A DNA stretch of 64,000 nt from an uncultured Methanosarcinales archaeon. Its GTDB lineage: Archaea; Nanobdellota; Nanobdellia; Woesearchaeales; CAIVOO01. The notes under the pieces are model-generated. The model did no database searches. It had not been told where the DNA came from and saw only the letters and a list, made by a program, of their open reading frames with translations. Position numbers and translations under genes: made by a program. The DNA lies in NCBI GenBank assembly GCA_964485195.1, contig CAZAIK010000003.1, positions 800 through 64,799 on the forward strand, given 5' to 3'. Shown here one piece after another: positions 1 through 7,540 of the stretch (positions are counted from its first letter, which is position 1; every line of letters begins with the position of its first letter).

Positions 1-1
1 C

Positions 2-262
2 ACAGACTTGTGGATTTACTTCCAGAATCCAACTGAATATTACCAGTACAGGATAGGCACCAATGAAACAAACTCTTTTGATGATGCACTGAATGAAAGC
101 TGGAATAACATTTCCCACTCACCAAAGATTTCAATCGCTGGCCTCAAGTATCCCGATGATAATGATGCTGCCAGGCTGGACATTCAAATCGAAGCTCCTT
201 CGGGGGAAGGCGCTGGCAACAAATCATCAACAATAAAAATATGGTGCGAAAAGGATGAATAA
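2..262 (+). CDS. 3' end of a gene entering from upstream; hypothetical surface/secreted protein fragment
   Basis: Open frame from the window edge to TAA at 260-262. It overlaps the next ORF by 8 nt. No recognisable motif. Confidence 0.4.
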   Translation, partial: TDLWIYFQNPTEYYQYRIGTNETNSFDDALNESWNNISHSPKISIAGLKYPDDNDAARLDIQIEAPSGEGAGNKSSTIKIWCEKDE

Positions 263-1055
263 GGTAATAGCTTATTTGATGATAGCAATAGCATTCTCGT
301 CTGCTGCGCTTGGGCTGGGCATAGGTGCCAGAAACGTAGAGATACCCCTGCAGGGAGAGCAGTCCACCGAACTTTTTATAATAAACGATGAACAGAAGTC
401 TATGGTGGTTAAGATAGGCATCCTGGGAGAGGACCAAGGAGTTAGAATAAGCCCTTACAAGCTTCATTTTTCGCCGGATGATTCCATCAAATCGTTTACA
501 GCATATCTTGATTTTGATAGGATAAAAGAATTGCCGGTAAAATTAGTTGCTTCAGAAATCTCACAATCCGCCAGCCAGTTTTCCGCTCAAACCAACATTG
601 TTTACACACTTCCCATTGCGAGAGTGCAGGAAAGCGGAAATGAGGAAATACCTGAAAAGGAGAGGAAGATGGATACAACGGCAGATGAGAGCGCTATTGC
701 AGGAGAAAATAAAAAAGAGGATATAATTGGGGTTAATGCGGTGGAAGAGGAAAAAAATGCAACAACCCGTACCTCTGCTAAAATTTCAGGCGCAATAACA
801 CGGGAGAAAGCTCTGAAAGCCGAGCCCGTGACTTTTGAAATTATGGAAAATGAAAAAAAACTTTTAATATTCGTGGGGTTATGCATAATAACACTCATCT
901 TTTTGTTTGACCTTGCAATAATGAAGAGAAAGGCCCCCATTGAAAAGTACATAATAAAAACAAGAAAATTGGGAATGCACGATCAGGAAATAAAATCAAA
1001 GCTTGAAAATGCCGGATGGGACGGAAAAATCGTGAACAGCTATCTGAAAAAATGA
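255..1055 (+). CDS. hypothetical surface protein, N-terminal signal/anchor plus C-terminal TM and short cytoplasmic helical tail
   Basis: N-terminal hydrophobic MNKVIAYLMIAIAFSSAALG and C-terminal TM LLIFVGLCIITLIFLFDLAIM. The tail is EKYIIKTRKLGMHDQEIKSKLENAGWDGKIV. Confidence 0.6.
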   Translation: MNKVIAYLMIAIAFSSAALGLGIGARNVEIPLQGEQSTELFIINDEQKSMVVKIGILGEDQGVRISPYKLHFSPDDSIKSFTAYLDFDRIKELPVKLVASEISQSASQFSAQTNIVYTLPIARVQESGNEEIPEKERKMDTTADESAIAGENKKEDIIGVNAVEEEKNATTRTSAKISGAITREKALKAEPVTFEIMENEKKLLIFVGLCIITLIFLFDLAIMKRKAPIEKYIIKTRKLGMHDQEIKSKLENAGWDGKIVNSYLKK

Positions 1056-1636
1056 GCCACTATTACTCAAAAAAACAGGACAGTGAATTTAACCCGAAAA
1101 GGATTGCAGCAAAACTCAGGGGCAATGATCTTGAATTTTACACAGCTCCGGGAGTTTTCAGCAAGAACAAAATAGATGACGGCTCTTATATCTTAATACA
1201 AAACGCAATCGTGAGGAAGGGATGGAATATCCTGGATCTGGGATGCGGATACGGCCCTGTTGGAATTGCCATAGCCAAGGCAGAAAATGCTGATGTTGTG
1301 ATGTCCGACGTTAATGAGAGGGCTGTTCATCTTGCTTCAAAAAACATACAGCTGAATAATGTCACTGCAGAAATCAGAACTTCAGGTTTGTTTGAGAATA
1401 TTCCCGAAAAGTTCAACACAATCCTGGTCAACCCTCCTCAAACAGCGGGCAAAAAGGTTTGCTTTAAAATGATTGAGGAGTCAAAAAGGCATCTGAAGAA
1501 AGGTGGCTTGCTGCAGCTGGTTGCAAGGCCCAGAAAAGGCGGAAAAACCCTTTCAGAGAAGATGAAAGATGTGTTTGGGAATGTGGAGATTATAGCTAAA
1601 GGAGCAGGATTCAGCGTATATGCCAGCAGAAACTAA
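1052..1636 (+). CDS. class I SAM-dependent methyltransferase (small-domain RsmC/RlmG-like)
   Basis: Motif I is ILDLGCGYGPVG and the catalytic-site motif is LVNPPQ. ATGA overlap with the upstream stop. The start was trimmed from the ORF-track 1016. Confidence 0.8.
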   Translation: MSHYYSKKQDSEFNPKRIAAKLRGNDLEFYTAPGVFSKNKIDDGSYILIQNAIVRKGWNILDLGCGYGPVGIAIAKAENADVVMSDVNERAVHLASKNIQLNNVTAEIRTSGLFENIPEKFNTILVNPPQTAGKKVCFKMIEESKRHLKKGGLLQLVARPRKGGKTLSEKMKDVFGNVEIIAKGAGFSVYASRN

Positions 1637-1989
1637 AGCTCCTTGATGCCTTCCTTGGTAAGGGCAACAAAACGTATTCCCAGCCCGAGCTTTAACAATG
1701 CGGAAATAAGGGCCATATGCTCCTTTCCGTCCCCTGACACGATGTTTACAGCAACTTCAGGACCTTTTATCTTGCCTTCAAGCTGTTTCTTTACATCCTC
1801 AACCAGGTCAAGCAGCGGCTGCCTATTTTCCACTATGAGCATCAGGGCGTTTTTTTCATTGTTGAAATTCTCCTTCCCAAACTGGTTTGTGAGCAGAATT
1901 ATATTGTCCCAGGTGCCGTCATTCACCAGTCTGCCAACATGTCCCCAGCTTCCCTTTCCTGTGCTCAATACAGCCACTAATTCTGTCAT
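1633..1989 (-). CDS. hypothetical small Rossmann-like protein
   Basis: 118-aa ORF with alternating beta/alpha pattern (VAVLSTGKGSWG, IILLTN, NIVSGDGKEHMA). No family assigned. Confidence 0.45.
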   Translation of the reverse strand: MTELVAVLSTGKGSWGHVGRLVNDGTWDNIILLTNQFGKENFNNEKNALMLIVENRQPLLDLVEDVKKQLEGKIKGPEVAVNIVSGDGKEHMALISALLKLGLGIRFVALTKEGIKEL

Positions 1990-2276
1990 AATATCGCGGA
2001 TTAGCTGCTGATATATAAACTTAATGCGTGCTTAACCAGGCTTTTTAACTTCTTATATGAGCAAATTTTGGCAGTTTTATGAAGTTCATAAAAATAAAGG
2101 GGGTTATTTATGATTATTCAGAGTACAAGAGAAACCTTGAGAAACTTGAAAAAATCATAAATGAGGAGCTGGAACAGCTAATAGCAAGATACGGATTTAC
2201 TAGGAAGAGAAACAACCTTTTTTGCAATAATAAGCTGAATATTCTTTTAAAACTGGAATTCAGCAGAATCTCAAAG

Positions 2277-3011
2277 TTAAAATTCGTTTAATCCTTTCTG
2301 TCCCTTCCTGTATTTTTTCAGATACTGCGGAGGGTCTATTTTTTTATGCTCAAAACCCCAGTCTTCCAGCATTTTCAGGGCATTAGCAGTTATTTTTGGT
2401 GAAGCAAGAATGCCTTTTACATTTTTAATCCCTTTCAGATTTTTTATTTTTTCTACGTATCTCCTTAGCTGCGTCACTGCACTTAAATCAGCGCAAAACC
2501 TTTTGCATTCCACCACCACAAGATTGTTGTCCCTGTCATAACCAAAAACGTCTATGAATCCGTATTTTGTGTGTTCTTCCCTGCTAAGGGGCCTGAATTC
2601 CTCGCTTATCAACTGCGGGTTTTGCATTATCATGTCTGACATATGCTTTTCCGAGCCATTCAGTTCAATCTCTGCGCCATCTTCCAGCTTATGTGCCTGC
2701 ACAAAATGAATTTTTCTTAATATGATGCTCATGAACTCCTTTGTGTTTTTAGAATTTAACATTATGTTTTCCCCGTCCTCTTTTACTTCATGGGAGGAGC
2801 CCTGCTTCATATAATTAACAGGGGCTGTCCCCTTTGGCTGGTGGACTATCAGGTTTTTGTCAGGCTTGATTATTATAATCCTCTCCCCAAAAGGCAGAAA
2901 GCTTTCAGCCCTCCCAGAGTAAAGGATGGAACATTCTGCTCCCAGAATAATCATCTCCCCCTCTTTAAGTGCTTTGTCTATCTGTCTCCTATAGTCCCCC
3001 ATTCTTTTCAA
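2277..3011 (-). CDS. nucS: endonuclease NucS (EndoMS)
   Basis: The N-terminal half-barrel region is GEMIILGAECSILYSGRAESFLPFGERIIIIKPD. The C-terminal PD-(D/E)XK region is GFIDVFGYDRDNNLVVVECKR. Confidence 0.85.
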   Translation of the reverse strand: MKRMGDYRRQIDKALKEGEMIILGAECSILYSGRAESFLPFGERIIIIKPDKNLIVHQPKGTAPVNYMKQGSSHEVKEDGENIMLNSKNTKEFMSIILRKIHFVQAHKLEDGAEIELNGSEKHMSDMIMQNPQLISEEFRPLSREEHTKYGFIDVFGYDRDNNLVVVECKRFCADLSAVTQLRRYVEKIKNLKGIKNVKGILASPKITANALKMLEDWGFEHKKIDPPQYLKKYRKGQKGLNEF

Positions 3012-3027
3012 TAATCAATTTCTTTAT

Positions 3028-3840
3028 TTAAAATTTTTTGCTCTCTTCAAAACAAGTGTCGTAGAAATCGCATTGACCGCCCCGCCATTTGCAAAGGGGA
3101 GAGGTCTTTTTAGGGTAATCCTTAATATTATTGGATTCGGTTTTTATGTGGATGTCTTTTATTTCTTCTACAGCCTTTTTAATCATCTTCTCGTTTACCT
3201 CAACTACCTTCTCCCTGTCTTTGAGAAACCATATACTGAGCTTGTGAGGCAGTTTTCCGTGTTTTTCCCTGTATAAGAGCGCGTAAATCGCCAGCTGAAG
3301 CTCGTAATTATCTGTAATTTCAAAACTTCCGCTGGTTTTATAGTCAAGGACTTTTATCTCTCCGTCCGAATTTTCTACTACATCAATGAATCCCCTGACT
3401 TTATGCTCCTTGCTTTCATAGTGGGCCTCCTTTTCAACAGGCTTGAAGTTGTTAAAAGCTTCATGGAATGGAAGCCCTGAATTGTCTATCCTGTCAAAGA
3501 AATCCTGCAGCCAGTTGGCCAGCATTCCTGCCAGCTCTTCCTTCGCGGATATGATGCTCTTCTCGTCAGCGCCCACTTCCTCGAATTTTTCCAGGTTCCT
3601 TAGCCAGACGGCGTTAAAGAGGTTTTTCATGTAATATGAAAGCTCTTTTTTGTACTCCTCTCCCCTGAAATGCGTTATTTCCATGTCAAAAAACTTCTCT
3701 AATACTGAATGAGCCAGTTTTCCTTTGACAGAATGGATATTGTCTCCTGTGGGCAGTTTTAATATGTACTGGTAGAAATACCTCCTGGGGCACTGCTTAT
3801 ATACATTAATAGAAGAGGGGGATTGTACTCGTTTGACCAT
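3028..3840 (-). CDS. Cas4/AddB-like PD-(D/E)XK nuclease with 4-Cys Fe-S cluster
   Basis: There is an N-terminal Cys in YKQCPRRYFY. GFIDVV...VLDYKTS supplies the D...DxK motif and QLAIYALL the QxxxY motif. The C-terminal Cys triad is CKWRGGQCDFYDTC. Confidence 0.8.
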   Translation of the reverse strand: MVKRVQSPSSINVYKQCPRRYFYQYILKLPTGDNIHSVKGKLAHSVLEKFFDMEITHFRGEEYKKELSYYMKNLFNAVWLRNLEKFEEVGADEKSIISAKEELAGMLANWLQDFFDRIDNSGLPFHEAFNNFKPVEKEAHYESKEHKVRGFIDVVENSDGEIKVLDYKTSGSFEITDNYELQLAIYALLYREKHGKLPHKLSIWFLKDREKVVEVNEKMIKKAVEEIKDIHIKTESNNIKDYPKKTSPLCKWRGGQCDFYDTCFEESKKF

Positions 3841-3942
3841 GAGGTTTTTGCAGAAATCTTGCTCATTTAAAAAATTTTGTTGTATGAACCAGTAGCAAAA
3901 AACAAAAGTTTTATATTTTTTAATATACTTTTTAGGGATTAT

Positions 3943-4545
3943 ATGAAAAAAGCTTGTTTGTACCTGTTAATAGCGATTCTGCTGGTTTCAGTAGCTTTAG
4001 CTCAGCCGCCCTGGATGAGGGATAATGACAAAACCCAGACAATCGTGGTTGAAGAAGATCAGGGGATTAACTGGGAGTTTGTAGGGGCGATAATTGCTAT
4101 TTTTGCGCTGTCAGCAGGGCTGGTAGGCTGGTTTTTGTCAAGGAAGGAGAGAAGTAAAACTTCCAAATACCTAAAAGAGATAAACAGGGCCTTTAATGAA
4201 TACAAAGGAAATGCGGGAAAATGTGAAGAGGCGCTCTATGGGATAAAGGAAAAGGTGGAGAGGGATTTCGCGCATGGACGAATAAAGGAGTCAGCGTTTT
4301 CAATCCTGGATTCAAAACTTGACAAGTACCTTTCAGAAGTAAGAAAAGATATGCTTGGCTCCCAGTTTGAACTTAAAAAATCAACCAAGAAGGAATTAAA
4401 TGAAATGCTTGAGGACGGCATAATCTCTGACGAGGAATATGAAAAGTTTTCCAAGATGAAGCTGGATGAACTGTCTGAGAAAGACAAGAAGAAACTTAAG
4501 TCTTTGATGAAGAAGTGGAGAACAGAAAAGAAGAAAGGCATATAA
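3943..4545 (+). CDS. membrane-anchored coiled-coil protein with SHOCT-like C-terminal motif
   Basis: Signal/TM segment is MKKACLYLLIAILLVSVALA, with a second TM. LEDGIISDEEYEKFSKMKL resembles a SHOCT motif. Start trimmed to ATG 3943. Confidence 0.6.
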   Translation: MKKACLYLLIAILLVSVALAQPPWMRDNDKTQTIVVEEDQGINWEFVGAIIAIFALSAGLVGWFLSRKERSKTSKYLKEINRAFNEYKGNAGKCEEALYGIKEKVERDFAHGRIKESAFSILDSKLDKYLSEVRKDMLGSQFELKKSTKKELNEMLEDGIISDEEYEKFSKMKLDELSEKDKKKLKSLMKKWRTEKKKGI

Positions 4546-4556
4546 AAAATTATATA

Positions 4557-4579
4557 AAGGAGTTTGCATCTCCTTTTTT
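4557..4579. terminator. hairpin plus T-run (readable on both strands)
   Basis: AAGGAG-tttgcat-CTCCTT is followed by TTTT. On the minus strand the same hairpin is followed by TATATAATTTTTT. Confidence 0.35.
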
Positions 4580-4619
4580 CTATGGTTGTTTACTGGGGGG
4601 AATTTGAAATTCTGTCTCT

Positions 4620-4935
4620 GAAAGAAGACGTTCATTATACCTCCACCCATCTCTTATGTTCTTTAGTGCCTGCCTGTCATTCTGTTCAAGGCACGAGCAC
4701 ACCCCCTAACTCATCAGCTGCAGGACCGCTCATAAACCATCTTTAGTTCTTGACGACTTGGCGGTCCTTGCGCTGAGGCAAACTGGTTAAGTCAACTATC
4801 CTGTGTTGGCGCTGGTGCTGCCTGGCGCAGTTGCCAACTAAAACCTTAGGCTACAAATAAATTGGGTTTAGAAGCGGTTTTGGAAGCGAACAGAGCGCAG
4901 CACCGGTTTTTGCACAATTAACTTGACCTAACCAA
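4620..4935. ncRNA. unassigned G+C-rich structured intergenic island (candidate novel ncRNA, strand uncertain, minus slightly favoured)
   Basis: There is no credible ORF. Nested long-range complementarities are 4785-4795/4923-4933 and 4812-4821/4897-4906. Local hairpins are 4720-4729/4761-4771, 4666-4671/4689-4694 and 4838-4845/4864-4871. Confidence 0.3.
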
Positions 4936-4947
4936 GCAAACCCAACA

Positions 4948-4956
4948 TTTATATAT
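4948..4956. promoter_or_regulatory. TATA-like element 26 nt upstream of pyrG ATG (possibly bidirectional)
   Basis: TTTATATAT ends 26 nt before ATG 4982. Read on the minus strand it sits about 20 nt before helix strand 4933-4923. Confidence 0.4.
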
Positions 4957-4981
4957 CAAATGCTGAATCTTACGATACGGA

Positions 4982-6595
4982 ATGCCAAAAACCGTGAATT
5001 CTAAAACAAAGTGGGTTGTGATTACAGGAGGCGTCGTCTCTGGCCTTGGGAAGGGCACATCTGCCGCTTCTATCGGAAGGCTGTTAAAAAATAAGGATAC
5101 AAAGATAGTGCCTGTAAAATGCGACGGTTATTTGAATGTGGATCCGGGAACTATGAACCCCCTAGAGCATGGCGAGGTCTTTGTGCTTGAAGACGGGGGG
5201 GAAGTTGATATGGATTTCGGGCATTACGAAAGATTTCTGGAAATCAACTGCAAGTTCAGCTGGAACCTTACATCCGGAAAAATCTTCAATTCCATAATAG
5301 AAAAGGAAAGAAGAGGGGATTACCTTGGAAAAACCATACAAATATTTCCCCATGTAAATGATGAAATCAGGCAACAGCTTTTGCAGATAGCTGATGAAGA
5401 AAAGCCTGGTTATATGATTGTGGAAATAGGAGGCACTGTGGGGGACATTGAAAATTCCTGGTTCATAAGAGCAGTTAAGCAGCTTAAGAAAGAGGTGGGG
5501 GAATCAAATATGTTGTATATTCACCTAACTTACGTGCCTTTTCTTGATTCTGTAAAGGAATACAAAACCAAGCCTGCACAAAGGGATATAGCCCTCTTAA
5601 GGAACTTAGGGATAAACCCAGATATCATAATAGCAAGGAGCAAGGAGATGCTCACAGAACACCTGAAACAAAAGGTTGCAACCATGGCAGACCTGGAACC
5701 CTATCAGATAATCAGCGGCAGCGACATAGACAGCATATACGAGATTCCTCTTAATTTCAAAAAAGAAGGCATCCTGAATATTTTTGAAGAAAAATTTGGA
5801 ATGCAAAAAAACGACTTGTCGGAATGGGAAAATCTGGTCAATCAGATCAAAACCCCTGAAAAAGAGACGAAAATAGCAATATGCGGCAAGTATACAGCAC
5901 TGGAAGACTCGTACGCCAGCATTATAGAAGCCTTAAACCATTGTGAAGCACATCTTAATTCAAAAATTAACCTGAAATGGCTAGAAACAACTGACATTGA
6001 AAAGGGCAATGTTAGCTGTGAAAAAGCCCTTGAAGGATGCAGAGGAGTGATAATCCCGGGAGGTTTCGGAGAGAGGGGAACAGAAGGCAAGATTGAAGTC
6101 ATCAAATATGCCAGGGAAAACAATCTCCCTTTCCTGGGTTTATGCTACGGGCTTCAGCTTGCAGTTGTGGAATTTGCAAGGAACGTCTGCAACCTTGAGA
6201 GAGCTCACAGCACTGAGATTGATGGAACAACCAGGCATCCTGTTATTGATATTCTTCCAGAGCAAAGGGCAGTTGACAAAAAAGGCGCAACGATGAGGCT
6301 GGGGGGCTGCGATGCTGAGATCAAAAAAGGCACAAAAGTTCACGAGCTTTATAATTCTGAATACGTTTCTGAAAGGCACAGGCACAGGTATGAGGTCAAT
6401 CCTGAATTCCACAACATCCTGGGAAAAAATGGCCTGGTTTTCTCAGGCACATCAGAAAATGGAAGGTTAGTAGAATTTATTGAGCTTCCGCAGCATAAAT
6501 ATTTTGTGGCAACACAATCCCATCCAGAACTTAAGTCAAGGTTGTTAAAGCCAGCACCTTTATTTTATGGTTTTGTGAAGGCCTGTTTGGATTAG
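4982..6595 (+). CDS. pyrG: CTP synthase
   Basis: N-terminal KWVVITGGVVSGLGKG, and a glutaminase domain with LGLCYGLQ and HRHRYEVN. Confidence 0.95.
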   Translation: MPKTVNSKTKWVVITGGVVSGLGKGTSAASIGRLLKNKDTKIVPVKCDGYLNVDPGTMNPLEHGEVFVLEDGGEVDMDFGHYERFLEINCKFSWNLTSGKIFNSIIEKERRGDYLGKTIQIFPHVNDEIRQQLLQIADEEKPGYMIVEIGGTVGDIENSWFIRAVKQLKKEVGESNMLYIHLTYVPFLDSVKEYKTKPAQRDIALLRNLGINPDIIIARSKEMLTEHLKQKVATMADLEPYQIISGSDIDSIYEIPLNFKKEGILNIFEEKFGMQKNDLSEWENLVNQIKTPEKETKIAICGKYTALEDSYASIIEALNHCEAHLNSKINLKWLETTDIEKGNVSCEKALEGCRGVIIPGGFGERGTEGKIEVIKYARENNLPFLGLCYGLQLAVVEFARNVCNLERAHSTEIDGTTRHPVIDILPEQRAVDKKGATMRLGGCDAEIKKGTKVHELYNSEYVSERHRHRYEVNPEFHNILGKNGLVFSGTSENGRLVEFIELPQHKYFVATQSHPELKSRLLKPAPLFYGFVKACLD

Positions 6596-6605
6596 AAATC
6601 TAATC

Positions 6606-6620
6606 AAAACCTTTATAAAT
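6606..6620 (+). promoter_or_regulatory. BRE/TATA promoter consensus AAAACCTTTATAAAT
   Basis: This is an exact copy of the recurrent 15-mer. It lies 33 nt before the secF TTG start. Confidence 0.5.
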
Positions 6621-6652
6621 GCAATATTTTCCTTCTTCCTTAGGGGGTTAAC

Positions 6653-7540
6653 TTGGAAAAGCAATTTGGGAAATTTTATGACAGGAACTATAAGAAACTT
6701 CTAATTGTGGCTATAATAATCTCCCTGGTTTGGGTGGGAATTATAATTACTAATTATGCACGCACAGGGGAATTTATTGGAAAGGGGGTTTCCCTCAAAG
6801 GAGGTTCTATCATAACTGTCCAGGTGGAAGAGACCGAGTTTGATGTCAATAACATACAGTCAGAACTGAGAGGGCTAACAGATGATGAGGTGAATGTCAG
6901 GGAATTTTCATCCGCCACTGGCGCATCTTTAGGTTTCATTGCAGAGACAACGCTTCAGGAAGTTTCTCCCTTGGTGTCTTATATTGAAACAAATTATGAT
7001 GTTAAAACAACTAACGTAGAGACAGTAGGCCCCAGGCTGGGGGAATCCTTTTTCAGGCAGCTGATAATTGCAATAATAATAGCTTTTGTGCTGATGGCTG
7101 TTGTTGTGTTTGCATATTTCAGGACTTTGCTGCCATCATCTTACATCATACTAAGCGCAATTGTGGACATACTCTTTCCCTGGGCTATGGTAATACTCCT
7201 GGACATTAAGGTTTCTGCAGCAGGAATAGCCGCCTTCCTTATGCTTATTGGTTATTCTGTGGACACTGATATTTTGCTGACCACGCGCGTATTGAAAAGG
7301 AGAGGAGGAAGCGTTTCAGAAAGAATCTACAGCGCGATGAGCACTGGAATGGTCATGACATTCACGGCAATGGCTGCAACAGGCATAGCATACCTCACCA
7401 CTCCTTCAGAGGTCCTGAAGCAGGTTACAATGATACTGTTCTTCGGATTAATCGCTGATTTGTGGAGCACCTGGATGCAAAATGCCAGCCTCCTTAAATT
7501 TTATATGAAAAAGAAGGAAGAAAAAACTGAAAATGGCTGA
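6653..7540 (+). CDS. secF: protein-export membrane protein SecF
   Basis: The C-terminal six-TM block contains GYSVDTDILLTTRVLKRR. The start is TTG, preceded by AGGGGG. It overlaps secD by 8 nt. Confidence 0.85.
   Translation: MEKQFGKFYDRNYKKLLIVAIIISLVWVGIIITNYARTGEFIGKGVSLKGGSIITVQVEETEFDVNNIQSELRGLTDDEVNVREFSSATGASLGFIAETTLQEVSPLVSYIETNYDVKTTNVETVGPRLGESFFRQLIIAIIIAFVLMAVVVFAYFRTLLPSSYIILSAIVDILFPWAMVILLDIKVSAAGIAAFLMLIGYSVDTDILLTTRVLKRRGGSVSERIYSAMSTGMVMTFTAMAATGIAYLTTPSEVLKQVTMILFFGLIADLWSTWMQNASLLKFYMKKKEEKTENG

Noticed and set aside
2079-2291. 70-aa plus-strand ORF overlapping the nucS 3' end
   Set aside because: It is AT-rich and low-complexity with no motif. It could be real, but the evidence is insufficient.
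4715-4860. Possible 5S rRNA (CAAACUGGUUAAGUC vaguely like CGAACCCGGAAGUUAAGC) or hammerhead ribozyme (CUGAUGA on the minus strand)
   Set aside because: No helix II partner for the segment after UUAAG, and the helix IV/V region is too short. No stem II plus GAAA follows CUGAUGA. The observed long-range helices span more than 140 nt, which is incompatible with 5S.
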